Source: a virus. From it: 33,586 bases of DNA. Position 1 is the first letter of the stretch; each line of letters opens with the position of its first letter. The stretch is taken from the IMG/VR virus record IMGVR_UViG_3300006982_000003. One strand, 5' to 3'. The position numbers were made by a program, and so were the translations under genes. Below are positions 8,068 to 15,499 of this stretch, piece after piece. The notes below the pieces were generated by a model. The model was not told where the DNA came from. It ran no database searches and saw only the letters and a list, made by a program, of their open reading frames with translations.

Positions 8068-10800
8068 ATGACAAAATTTTCACGATTCACTGACGGTGGT
8101 GATCTACAGGAAGATGATATCATTGTCGGACTCAGAGGCGGTGTGAATACACAATTTAACTATAAAGGTGTCACATCGCCTGTTCCCGTTAACAAAGGTG
8201 GTACAGGCGCGACAGATGCTGTTAACGCGCGTCAAAATCTAGGCCTCAGTATTGGTTCCGATGTTCAGGCGCATGATGCTGATTTAGATGCAATTGCAGC
8301 GTTAGCTAGTACGGGTATTCCAACACGAACAGCTAATAACACCTATTCAATCCGATCCATTCAACCCACTGCCAATGAAATTGCTATTACGGATGGGGAT
8401 GGGGTTAATGGGAATCCAACCGTCTCACTGGCCGCTAATTTAATCATGCCTGGTAATGAGGGATTTACGCCGCCCCAGGGCACATCCGCTCAGCGTCCAG
8501 GGTCGCCTAATAATGGTGAATTACGTTGGAATAGTGATAATACAGTACTGGAATATTATGACGGCTCGTCATGGTCTGAAGTGACAGGGCATACGAGTAT
8601 AGCGGGTACGGGTATCGTTGCTAAAACAGGAACGACAACGTATGCTACGCGTACGATTCAACCCACTGCCAATGAAATTGCTATTACGGATGGCGATGGG
8701 ATTAGTAGTGATCCGACAGTTGGTTTAGCAGATAATCCCATTGTCCCGGGTAATGAAGGCATCACACCACCTCAGGGCACAACAGCTCAACGCTCAGGCA
8801 GTCCTAATAATGGTGAATTGCGATGGAATAGCGATAATAATCAATTAGAATTTTATGATAATGGCAGCTGGTCTGATGTCTCAACGAATATTAGTATATC
8901 AGGCACTGGCATCTTTGCTAAAACAGGAACCAATAGTTATCAAACACGAACCATCCAATCAACAACGAATCAAACAGCAATGACGGATGGGGATGGGGTT
9001 AATGGTGATCCAACGATTGCATTAGCTGATAATGCGATTTTACCGGGTAATGAAGGCATGGTGCCTCCTTCAGGGAAAACAGCACAACGTGCCAGTTCAC
9101 CCACTAACGGTGAATTTCGCTGGAATAGCGATAATAATCAATTGGAATTTTATGATGGTAGTATTTGGGCGGATGTCCCTGAAATTAGCGGAACTGGCTT
9201 TGCGGTTAAAACCTCAAGTGGTTCTTATGCAACCCGCACATTAACGGATGTGGCGGCCCAAACGACCATTTCAAATGCCACAGGGGATGCAGGCAATCCG
9301 ATTATTGGACTAGCGGACAATCCGGTTCTACCTGGCACTGAAGGATTGACCCCTCCTCAAGGCACTGATTCACAACGGCCTAATTCCCCCAATAATGGTG
9401 AATTGCGATGGAATAGCGATAATAATGTTTTAGAATTTTATGATGGTAGTATTTGGGCGGATGTGCCTGAAATTAGTGGAACTGGCTTTGCGGTTAAAAC
9501 CTCAAGTGGTTCTTATGCAACCCGCACATTAACGGGTGTATCGACTGAAACGACTATACAAAATGCGACTGGTGATAATGGTAATCCAATTATTGGACTA
9601 GCGAACAATCCAGTTCTACCTGGTAATGAAGGATTAACGCCGCCATCGGGTTCAACAGGTGATCAACCAGGTTCACCCAATGACGGTGAATTAAGATGGA
9701 ATAGCGATAATGCTGTTTTAGAATATTATGATAATTTTCAATGGGTTAATATTGCTAACGAAACACAGTTAAATGGCTTAGTCTGTCGTATTATTAATGA
9801 TGACGATTGGCTAAATGCCACACCGAATAAAGATTTTTTCAATTTTATTCATGAACCCATTACAACAGGCGGTGATTATAGCAGAAAAACAGTCGCCAAA
9901 ATTCAGGGTAAATCCTATAACACGGATGGAACCGCGATACAGGATCTGAATAGTCGAACCGATGTTGGCATCTCATTTTCAACCAGTAATGATGGCACGT
10001 TATCAGAGCAAATGACCATTGATAATAATGGTAATGTTGATCACAAAAATCATGATGTCAGTAATATTGCCGATTTATTTGTTAACAGTAATGTCGGTAT
10101 TAAAAATACCTCCCAATCCAATCCGCTCGTTGTCGAACATTCCAGTAGTGATCCGATTAAGATGATTTGCACGTCATCTGGTTCATTTTGTGCGCTAGAA
10201 GCGGAAAATGATAATGGTGATCGAGTCTTCTTTGGCATCGCTGGTTCCACTGTCGGTTCAGGTCGCAATCGAGAAGCGTTTTTTGACTATTTTGATGCGG
10301 TGTCATTCGTTTTCAGAAAAAATAACAATGAATTATTACGGATTGATCCAGGCGGTGATGTTTCCAATACCGGCATTTTTTCATCCAGTCAAGGCGATAT
10401 TAGCACGGTTAATAGCACAACGGTTAATGTGACAACCGTGAATAGCAATCGATTTAATTATAGTGATAACAAAAAGACATTAGATGATGGTGATACCTAT
10501 TTAGTCTCCTATGATCATTTTATGATTATTGAAACATCAGGTTCTAATGGTATTACACTCGATTTATCAAATCATGATTTAACAGGCAGTTTTTTGGTCA
10601 CTAATTTAATCAATTATACAGCCGGTAGTGAGACGATTAATTTTACAGTGAGTGGTCCACGAACATTAACCACATTTGACAGCAATAATGGTAATTTACT
10701 TAAACAAAATACCAGTTCAACGAGTATCGATTATGATTTAGGTGCCAATGAACACATTGAAATTCAAATTTTAGACGGTAAGAATATTTATATTGGCTAA
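8068..10800 (+). CDS. Tail fibre protein with five tandem repeat modules, 910 aa
   Basis: AAGGA lies upstream. There are five modules of 96-99 aa. Each ends in the phage-fibre-type motif GELRWNSDNNxLE(F/Y)YDGSxW. A non-repetitive C-terminal ~340 aa follows and is a likely receptor-binding part. Confidence 0.8.
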   Translation: MTKFSRFTDGGDLQEDDIIVGLRGGVNTQFNYKGVTSPVPVNKGGTGATDAVNARQNLGLSIGSDVQAHDADLDAIAALASTGIPTRTANNTYSIRSIQPTANEIAITDGDGVNGNPTVSLAANLIMPGNEGFTPPQGTSAQRPGSPNNGELRWNSDNTVLEYYDGSSWSEVTGHTSIAGTGIVAKTGTTTYATRTIQPTANEIAITDGDGISSDPTVGLADNPIVPGNEGITPPQGTTAQRSGSPNNGELRWNSDNNQLEFYDNGSWSDVSTNISISGTGIFAKTGTNSYQTRTIQSTTNQTAMTDGDGVNGDPTIALADNAILPGNEGMVPPSGKTAQRASSPTNGEFRWNSDNNQLEFYDGSIWADVPEISGTGFAVKTSSGSYATRTLTDVAAQTTISNATGDAGNPIIGLADNPVLPGTEGLTPPQGTDSQRPNSPNNGELRWNSDNNVLEFYDGSIWADVPEISGTGFAVKTSSGSYATRTLTGVSTETTIQNATGDNGNPIIGLANNPVLPGNEGLTPPSGSTGDQPGSPNDGELRWNSDNAVLEYYDNFQWVNIANETQLNGLVCRIINDDDWLNATPNKDFFNFIHEPITTGGDYSRKTVAKIQGKSYNTDGTAIQDLNSRTDVGISFSTSNDGTLSEQMTIDNNGNVDHKNHDVSNIADLFVNSNVGIKNTSQSNPLVVEHSSSDPIKMICTSSGSFCALEAENDNGDRVFFGIAGSTVGSGRNREAFFDYFDAVSFVFRKNNNELLRIDPGGDVSNTGIFSSSQGDISTVNSTTVNVTTVNSNRFNYSDNKKTLDDGDTYLVSYDHFMIIETSGSNGITLDLSNHDLTGSFLVTNLINYTAGSETINFTVSGPRTLTTFDSNNGNLLKQNTSSTSIDYDLGANEHIEIQILDGKNIYIG
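8311..9777 (+). repeat. Intragenic tandem repeat, 5 units with periods of 297, 297, 288 and 288 nt
   Basis: 8359-8396 is identical to 8656-8693 (38 nt). 9121-9247 is near-identical to 9409-9535 (~127 nt with a handful of mismatches). Confidence 0.9.
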
Positions 10801-10844
10801 GAATTTGTTTAAATTCTGTTTAGTTTAGCCTTGATTTGATATTG

Positions 10845-11009
10845 CCAGTAATAAAGGTTACTGGAAAAATGAAGGGGTAGAGAAAAACCGCTAAGTAATG
10901 ATGGTGCAGTTTAATCTTTCTAGCTGCCTGTTCGGCAGTTAAATCATCATCACTTAACGGTTATCGCAGCGTATTTTTTAATCTGCCTACGCGGCAGTCA
11001 ATTTATAAT
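10845..11009 (+). promoter_or_regulatory. Structured non-coding island: hairpin, long imperfect stem enclosing a CTGCC-N5-GGCAG hairpin, second CTGCC-N5-GGCAG hairpin, then TATAAT
   Basis: Hairpin ccagtaa/ttactgg lies at 10845-10864. The stem 10887-10903 pairs with 10945-10961 at 15 of 17 positions. CTGCCtgttcGGCAG is at 10924-10938 and CTGCCtacgcGGCAG at 10983-10997. TATAAT at 11004-11009 has no good -35. Confidence 0.5.
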
Positions 11010-11041
11010 ATCAAACAACGGTGATGATGACAAGGAGCGTT

Positions 11042-11299
11042 ATGAGCATTAAATACCGAGGTGAAACGTTTCCAGGCTACAACAAACCGAAACGAACACC
11101 CAACGCCAAAAAAAAATTTGCCGTGGTCGCTAAAAAGGGCGATAAAACGAAATTAGTACGGTTTGGTGATTCGGATATGCGCATTAAAAAAGATCAGCCT
11201 AAGCGCAAAAAAAGTTATTGTGCGCGCAGCTCAGGCATTAAAGGGGCCAATGATAAATTTAGCGCTAACTACTGGTCAAGAAAAAAATGGAATTGCTAA
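11042..11299 (+). CDS. Small, very basic conserved phage protein, 85 aa
   Basis: AGGAG lies 6 nt upstream of ATG 11042, so the track start 11021 is probably too early. The K/R-rich sequence YRGETFPGYNKPKRTP...ANYWSRKKW resembles a small protein I recall from many podovirus genomes. Function is unknown. Confidence 0.65.
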   Translation: MSIKYRGETFPGYNKPKRTPNAKKKFAVVAKKGDKTKLVRFGDSDMRIKKDQPKRKKSYCARSSGIKGANDKFSANYWSRKKWNC

Positions 11300-11308
11300 G
11301 GACGCATT

Positions 11309-12487
11309 ATGCCTAATTTGCCGATATCACAATTTGATCAATTATTAACAACGAATAAAACGCCAGTTATTAGTCTGAATGGCGCATTGCCTCTCTCTGA
11401 TTTACGGGATGAACAATACACAGCCAATACAGGTACGATTGTTGATAATCGTTCTGAATTCCGATTGCATCATCAGGCTACTGGTGATTTTGTCCGTTTT
11501 CAGAGTCAAGAACGTGGCAATTATCAGCCTGGATTTGCCTTTGAATCCGGTATAGGGATTCGAATGGATACCACTACATTAACAGGTGATTCCCTTGCTT
11601 ATTGGGGTTATTTCCAAATAGATAACAATAACCCGCAAACAATTCAGGAAGGATTGGTATTTGGATTAGATCAAAATGGCGTTTTTGTTGAAGTCATTAA
11701 AGATAGTGTGTCAAAAGAAAAAGTTTATACTGATCAATTTAATATACGTCCCAATTATTCAATTGATTTAACAAATGGATTAGTATTTCAGATTACATTC
11801 ACTTACTACGGGTATGGCCAAATATTATTTCAGGTTATTAATACTGATACGATCGGATCCGATCGATTGCGACAGAACAATATCAATTTACATAGTGTCG
11901 TATTAGATAATGAAACCAGTTTAGATCGTGTTAATCTAAAAGTGGGCGCATTATGTAAAAGCAGTACGGGCACCGTTGATTATTCCCTCTATATTGGCGG
12001 CCGTCAAATGAGCATTATTGGCATTCCTCGGCGTCGTAACCGTATTAATTCAGGTCGTGTTGAATCTGTTTCTATTAATAATACATTTTCTCCCGTTTTA
12101 TCACTACGTAAAAAATCAACGTTTAGCCAAATTTCAGTTTCATTTAATTCAATTAAAGCGTTATGTGATACGGATGCTATAATTCAATTACGATTAAATG
12201 CTACAATTACAGGTGGCACGAGTCCTAATTTTGGTGATTTAGATGAGCAATCATCATCTGAAACAGCCATGGAATTAGATACCAGTGCTGACACGGTTGA
12301 TTTATCAACGGGTGTAAAAATATACGAATCGTTTATAAGCAGTAATACTGTCGGTAATTCAACAGGATTTAGTAATTTAGATATTGATGAATTTGGCATA
12401 CCTGATGATGCTGTTTTAACTGTTGTTGTTCGAACGTTAAGCGGAACAGGTATCCTTGATTTAATAGCACTCGTCAACGAAGATTAG
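11309..12487 (+). CDS. Hypothetical virion/receptor-binding candidate, 392 aa
   Basis: AAGGA lies upstream. The composition is beta-rich (YWGYF, YGYGQILFQV, LYIGGRQMSIIG). No motif assigns a function. Confidence 0.6.
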   Translation: MPNLPISQFDQLLTTNKTPVISLNGALPLSDLRDEQYTANTGTIVDNRSEFRLHHQATGDFVRFQSQERGNYQPGFAFESGIGIRMDTTTLTGDSLAYWGYFQIDNNNPQTIQEGLVFGLDQNGVFVEVIKDSVSKEKVYTDQFNIRPNYSIDLTNGLVFQITFTYYGYGQILFQVINTDTIGSDRLRQNNINLHSVVLDNETSLDRVNLKVGALCKSSTGTVDYSLYIGGRQMSIIGIPRRRNRINSGRVESVSINNTFSPVLSLRKKSTFSQISVSFNSIKALCDTDAIIQLRLNATITGGTSPNFGDLDEQSSSETAMELDTSADTVDLSTGVKIYESFISSNTVGNSTGFSNLDIDEFGIPDDAVLTVVVRTLSGTGILDLIALVNED

Positions 12488-12500
12488 TAAAGGATCTACC

Positions 12501-13460
12501 ATGGCAATTAAAAACATTATCACGGAAGTGGTCGGACGTGTCGGTATTCAACCGACTATTGCGTTTATTGATACAGATGACACCAAGGCAACCGTCACCG
12601 CATCTGGTTATCTCAATAAGGCCAGAGAGCAGGGTTATAACTTGAATGATCAACAATTTGCACTAGTTAAAACCCGTGATGCCGGTACTGGCTGGTATCA
12701 GATTAATAAAAATGGCAATAATTTTGATTTATCAGGCACGATTCCGCCTGGCATCATTGATAGTGCCACGGCCAATCGTATTGCAATATTTAATAATGCT
12801 GATGGCCAATTAACACAAGATGCCTCAACCGCCATTAATGAAGGTAATATTCAAGCAGGTCTTGACGGTAGCAAAGGTCAATTCATAGCCTATCCAGCCG
12901 CATCCGGTGCTTGCCGAATGAATATAACGTCTAATTCATCCACAGGTGATAATGATGTAACCGTCACCATCCGTGATCATGGTCAAGATACACAATATTG
13001 GTTTGCTGATGTTGGATCGGGTGATGGCGGTGTTTTAACTTGTCAATTTGCATCGCCTGATCTACCCAACGCGAACATGAAATGGATTGATTTAACCGTT
13101 ACTCACCAAGGCCTTGGCGGCGGTGGTCAAATAACGTTTAAAGAGAGTGATGGAACGTCTAATTACCGCATTCGTGAACTGTACATTAATTCAGGGGGAA
13201 CAAACTTTAGCGGGAATAGCGGTGATCGTGATTTAACCATTACGGATGGCACGACTGATTTTAGTGTGATACCTGCGGGTACATTGCAATCATTAGCCAA
13301 TGCACGATGGGGTGATACCGGTTTACCTTTTCCAGCGAGTGCCTCTATTAATACGCAATCAACCAATGGTGATGCCATTTTTGTCCAATATAGTGGCGGT
13401 AGCAATGATTATAGTGCGGGTGAAATAACCATTACCGGTTGTTTTGAACGAATTGATTAA
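12501..13460 (+). CDS. Hypothetical virion/receptor-binding candidate, 319 aa
   Basis: AAGGA lies upstream. The protein is G/T/S-rich. I recognise no motif. Confidence 0.6.
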   Translation: MAIKNIITEVVGRVGIQPTIAFIDTDDTKATVTASGYLNKAREQGYNLNDQQFALVKTRDAGTGWYQINKNGNNFDLSGTIPPGIIDSATANRIAIFNNADGQLTQDASTAINEGNIQAGLDGSKGQFIAYPAASGACRMNITSNSSTGDNDVTVTIRDHGQDTQYWFADVGSGDGGVLTCQFASPDLPNANMKWIDLTVTHQGLGGGGQITFKESDGTSNYRIRELYINSGGTNFSGNSGDRDLTITDGTTDFSVIPAGTLQSLANARWGDTGLPFPASASINTQSTNGDAIFVQYSGGSNDYSAGEITITGCFERID

Positions 13461-13472
13461 ACAGGAGCTAAC

Positions 13473-13646
13473 ATGGACAACATAACAGTTAAACAATTAA
13501 AGCATCGATTAATGCAGATTGAACAAGCCATTGACCAGGCCAGGTTACATTACAATACATTGCTAGGTCGTCAGGCTGAATTACAAGATTGGATCAATCA
13601 AGCAGAACAACCAGCGGACAAATCGGATGATGCGGAAAAAGAATAA
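13473..13646 (+). CDS. Unannotated small ORF, 57 aa, predicted helical/coiled-coil
   Basis: It is below the track length cutoff. AGGAG lies 6 nt upstream of ATG 13473. Translation: MDNITVKQLKHRLMQIEQAIDQARLHYNTLLGRQAELQDWINQAEQPADKSDDAEKE, with stop TAA at 13644-13646. Confidence 0.55.
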   Translation: MDNITVKQLKHRLMQIEQAIDQARLHYNTLLGRQAELQDWINQAEQPADKSDDAEKE

Positions 13647-13767
13647 TCAATATATTCTGTATTCAAAAGATGGAACAAAAAAACTAGGCACGTTTAAAAC
13701 GAAAAAAGCAGCGGAAGCTAGAGAACGTGAAATACAAAAGATCAAGCACGCCAAAAAACAATCGTGA
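13627..13767 (+). CDS. Unannotated small basic ORF, 46 aa
   Basis: ATGATG at 13627 overlaps the end of the previous small ORF. Translation: MMRKKNNQYILYSKDGTKKLGTFKTKKAAEAREREIQKIKHAKKQS. The xKxLGTFxTKxxAExRE pattern resembles a short protein common in phage genomes, from memory. Confidence 0.45.
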   Translation: MMRKKNNQYILYSKDGTKKLGTFKTKKAAEAREREIQKIKHAKKQS

Positions 13768-14140
13768 ACATCAGGAACAAGTGAACTTAATCCGTTGGAT
13801 TCATCACTATCCCCAAATTAGCGGCAATTTGATTGCGATACCGAATGGCGGTAAGCGGCCTATATCAGAGGCCAAACGGCTAAAGGAAGCGGGTGTTCAA
13901 CCTGGTGTTTCGGATTTATTTCTGGCGTTACCCAATGATTATTCAGCAGGCTTATGGATTGAATTAAAAGCGATGCAATCCAATGGTTATTTTCCTAATC
14001 CAACTGATTTGCAAGTTAATTGGTTAAAACGTATGAGGCAATCGGGGTATGATGGCATGGTTGCAAACGGCATGGAACAAGCTCGTCAACAAATTATTGA
14101 ACATATTCAACACACATCATTCAAACAATTATTCTGTTAG
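13727..14140 (+). CDS. VRR-NUC domain nuclease (PD-(D/E)XK fold)
   Basis: The motifs EQVNLIRWI...IPNGGKR...GVQPGVSDLFL...GLWIELK match the VRR-NUC pattern (E..Q, NGG.R, G.pD, ElK). The start is uncertain; the GTG at 13727 overlaps the 46-aa ORF. Confidence 0.75.
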   Translation: MKYKRSSTPKNNREHQEQVNLIRWIHHYPQISGNLIAIPNGGKRPISEAKRLKEAGVQPGVSDLFLALPNDYSAGLWIELKAMQSNGYFPNPTDLQVNWLKRMRQSGYDGMVANGMEQARQQIIEHIQHTSFKQLFC

Positions 14141-14753
14141 TTCAATTGATACAACCAGTGATCAAACGCCATCACGATTTGGTCAAGCGTTTCGTTTTCT
14201 GATCCAAATTGAACAGTCCTATATTAATGATCCGTTAGATTCAGGCGGACCAACTAAATTCGGTATTACGTCAGCTTATTTAAAGGAGTTACAGAATCGA
14301 TTTAATGAAACGGATGAAGCGATTTTAAAAGGACTTAATATTGATCCGTATGAGCCGATAACTGAAAAAACTGTTAAATCCATTTTTTTATCCGATGCTA
14401 AATGGTTTTATAAACATTATTGGTGGATTTATTATCATTTTGATGAAATTAAACATAACTCGTTGAGCATCAAATTATTTAGCATGAGTGTAAACATGGG
14501 GCCTGAAACGGTCATCAAGGATTTACAAACGGTCGTTAATCGTGAATATGAAAACATTCAATTGAAAGTGGATGGCATTTTAGGTCCTAAAACCCTTCAA
14601 ACCGTTAATCAATTGCCTAATATTCATTGTTTACTCGATGATTTGATCAGTCATTGGATTCGACATTATTGTTATTTAGTGGATCAAAATGCCGATAATG
14701 CTCGATTTATTAATGGCTGGATCAAACGAGCAATACGTTTACCGGATGGATGA
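14049..14753 (+). CDS. Endolysin, GH108-type muramidase with a C-terminal peptidoglycan-binding-like region
   Basis: IEQSYINDPLDSGGPTKFGIT matches the GH108 signature EGGYvNdp.D.GG.T..GIT. The start at 14049/14052 would overlap the VRR-NUC gene by ~90 nt, so the start is uncertain. Confidence 0.8.
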   Translation: MMAWLQTAWNKLVNKLLNIFNTHHSNNYSVSSIDTTSDQTPSRFGQAFRFLIQIEQSYINDPLDSGGPTKFGITSAYLKELQNRFNETDEAILKGLNIDPYEPITEKTVKSIFLSDAKWFYKHYWWIYYHFDEIKHNSLSIKLFSMSVNMGPETVIKDLQTVVNREYENIQLKVDGILGPKTLQTVNQLPNIHCLLDDLISHWIRHYCYLVDQNADNARFINGWIKRAIRLPDG

Positions 14754-14756
14754 TAT

Positions 14757-15041
14757 ATGACCATTTATATTGATAAAAATTATTATGTTGACAATATGAT
14801 ACCGTGTGAGATGGCCGCTGCATGCGAAGCTGTTCGTTTAAATGAACCATTTGTTGTTGAAACACCTTATGGGCTTCAGCATGGCAACGCAGGTGATTTT
14901 TTAATTCGAATGATCAACGGCGATTATTTTGTTTGTGGTCAACATGTGTTTTATTACAATTTCCAATGGATGGATCAAATCTATAGACATGGAGGGACCG
15001 ATGAAATTAGTCAAAAAATTAAAACAACCAAGCACAATTGA
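14757..15041 (+). CDS. Hypothetical protein, 94 aa
   Basis: The ORF starts 3 nt after the endolysin stop. It has no transmembrane segment and no confident motif. Confidence 0.55.
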   Translation: MTIYIDKNYYVDNMIPCEMAAACEAVRLNEPFVVETPYGLQHGNAGDFLIRMINGDYFVCGQHVFYYNFQWMDQIYRHGGTDEISQKIKTTKHN

Positions 15042-15159
15042 AGGATTAATAGCAGTTGCGGCAGCCACGGTCATGTTATTTACGCCTGAACACATTGATC
15101 AAATCATTGAAACCGGCTTATCCGTGTTCGGTGTTAAACGCATCGTGTTAGATGATTAA
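15001..15159 (+). CDS. Small single-TM protein, holin-like candidate, 52 aa
   Basis: GGAGGG lies 3 nt upstream of ATG 15001, inside track ORF 14929..15159. Translation: MKLVKKLKQPSTIEGLIAVAAATVMLFTPEHIDQIIETGLSVFGVKRIVLDD, with one hydrophobic helix. It is the last gene of the + block, next to the endolysin. Confidence 0.5.
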   Translation: MKLVKKLKQPSTIEGLIAVAAATVMLFTPEHIDQIIETGLSVFGVKRIVLDD

Positions 15160-15343
15160 AAATCATACAAAAGTGAATACTCAAAATTAATTCTGCAACG
15201 ACAATAATGATGACAATCATTTTGTACGTACGCCAATAATCGTATGAATACAATACGTTTTTATTGAATAATTGTATTACACAATAACCGATTAGTATTA
15301 TTAGCGACCAATCTAACCATGCGAGTTGATGTAAAACCTTCAA
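15134..15343 (-). CDS. Small two-TM membrane protein, 69 aa
   Basis: A TTG start at 15343 lies 8 nt downstream of GGAG; the track GTG start at 15361 has no SD. There are two hydrophobic helices, LAWLDWSLIILIGYCVIQLF and MIVIIIVVAELILSIHFCMIF. Its 3' end overlaps the holin-like ORF tail-to-tail by 26 nt. Confidence 0.4.
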   Translation of the reverse strand: MKVLHQLAWLDWSLIILIGYCVIQLFNKNVLYSYDYWRTYKMIVIIIVVAELILSIHFCMIFNHLTRCV

Positions 15344-15499
15344 CTTTTTGACTCCTGCCACCGTTTAACGTTTTTTCCACAATTTTTGTGGATAACTGGC
15401 CGTCAATAATACAATACAGCCATTAAATCAACTATTTAGCAAATTGTTTATTTTTTTTATATATTAACTATAATCGTCATGACATAACCGCTACGCCTC

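Noticed and set aside
8311-9777. Fibre repeats as the target of a diversity-generating retroelement
   Set aside because: There is no reverse transcriptase gene anywhere in the genome. There is no separate template repeat with adenine-specific mismatches. The differences between modules are not A-biased by eye.
10861-10965. Possible tRNA or tmRNA-like gene in the structured late-operon gap
   Set aside because: I could not fold it into a cloverleaf. There is no T-loop GTTCRA-type sequence, no 7-bp acceptor stem with the correct spacing and no anticodon arm geometry. I kept it as an unclassified structured element.
11163-11348. Track ORF of 61 aa overlapping the small basic protein gene and the start of the 392-aa gene
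   Set aside because: It is an alternative frame with no SD, and both neighbouring genes have clear SDs and tight spacing. It is most likely spurious.
15362-15499. Bidirectional terminator expected between the convergent operons (hairpin ccacaa-ttt-ttgtgg at ~15378-15392)
   Set aside because: The hairpin is short and AT-rich and is not followed by a T-run on either strand in the required orientation. I do not call a terminator here.
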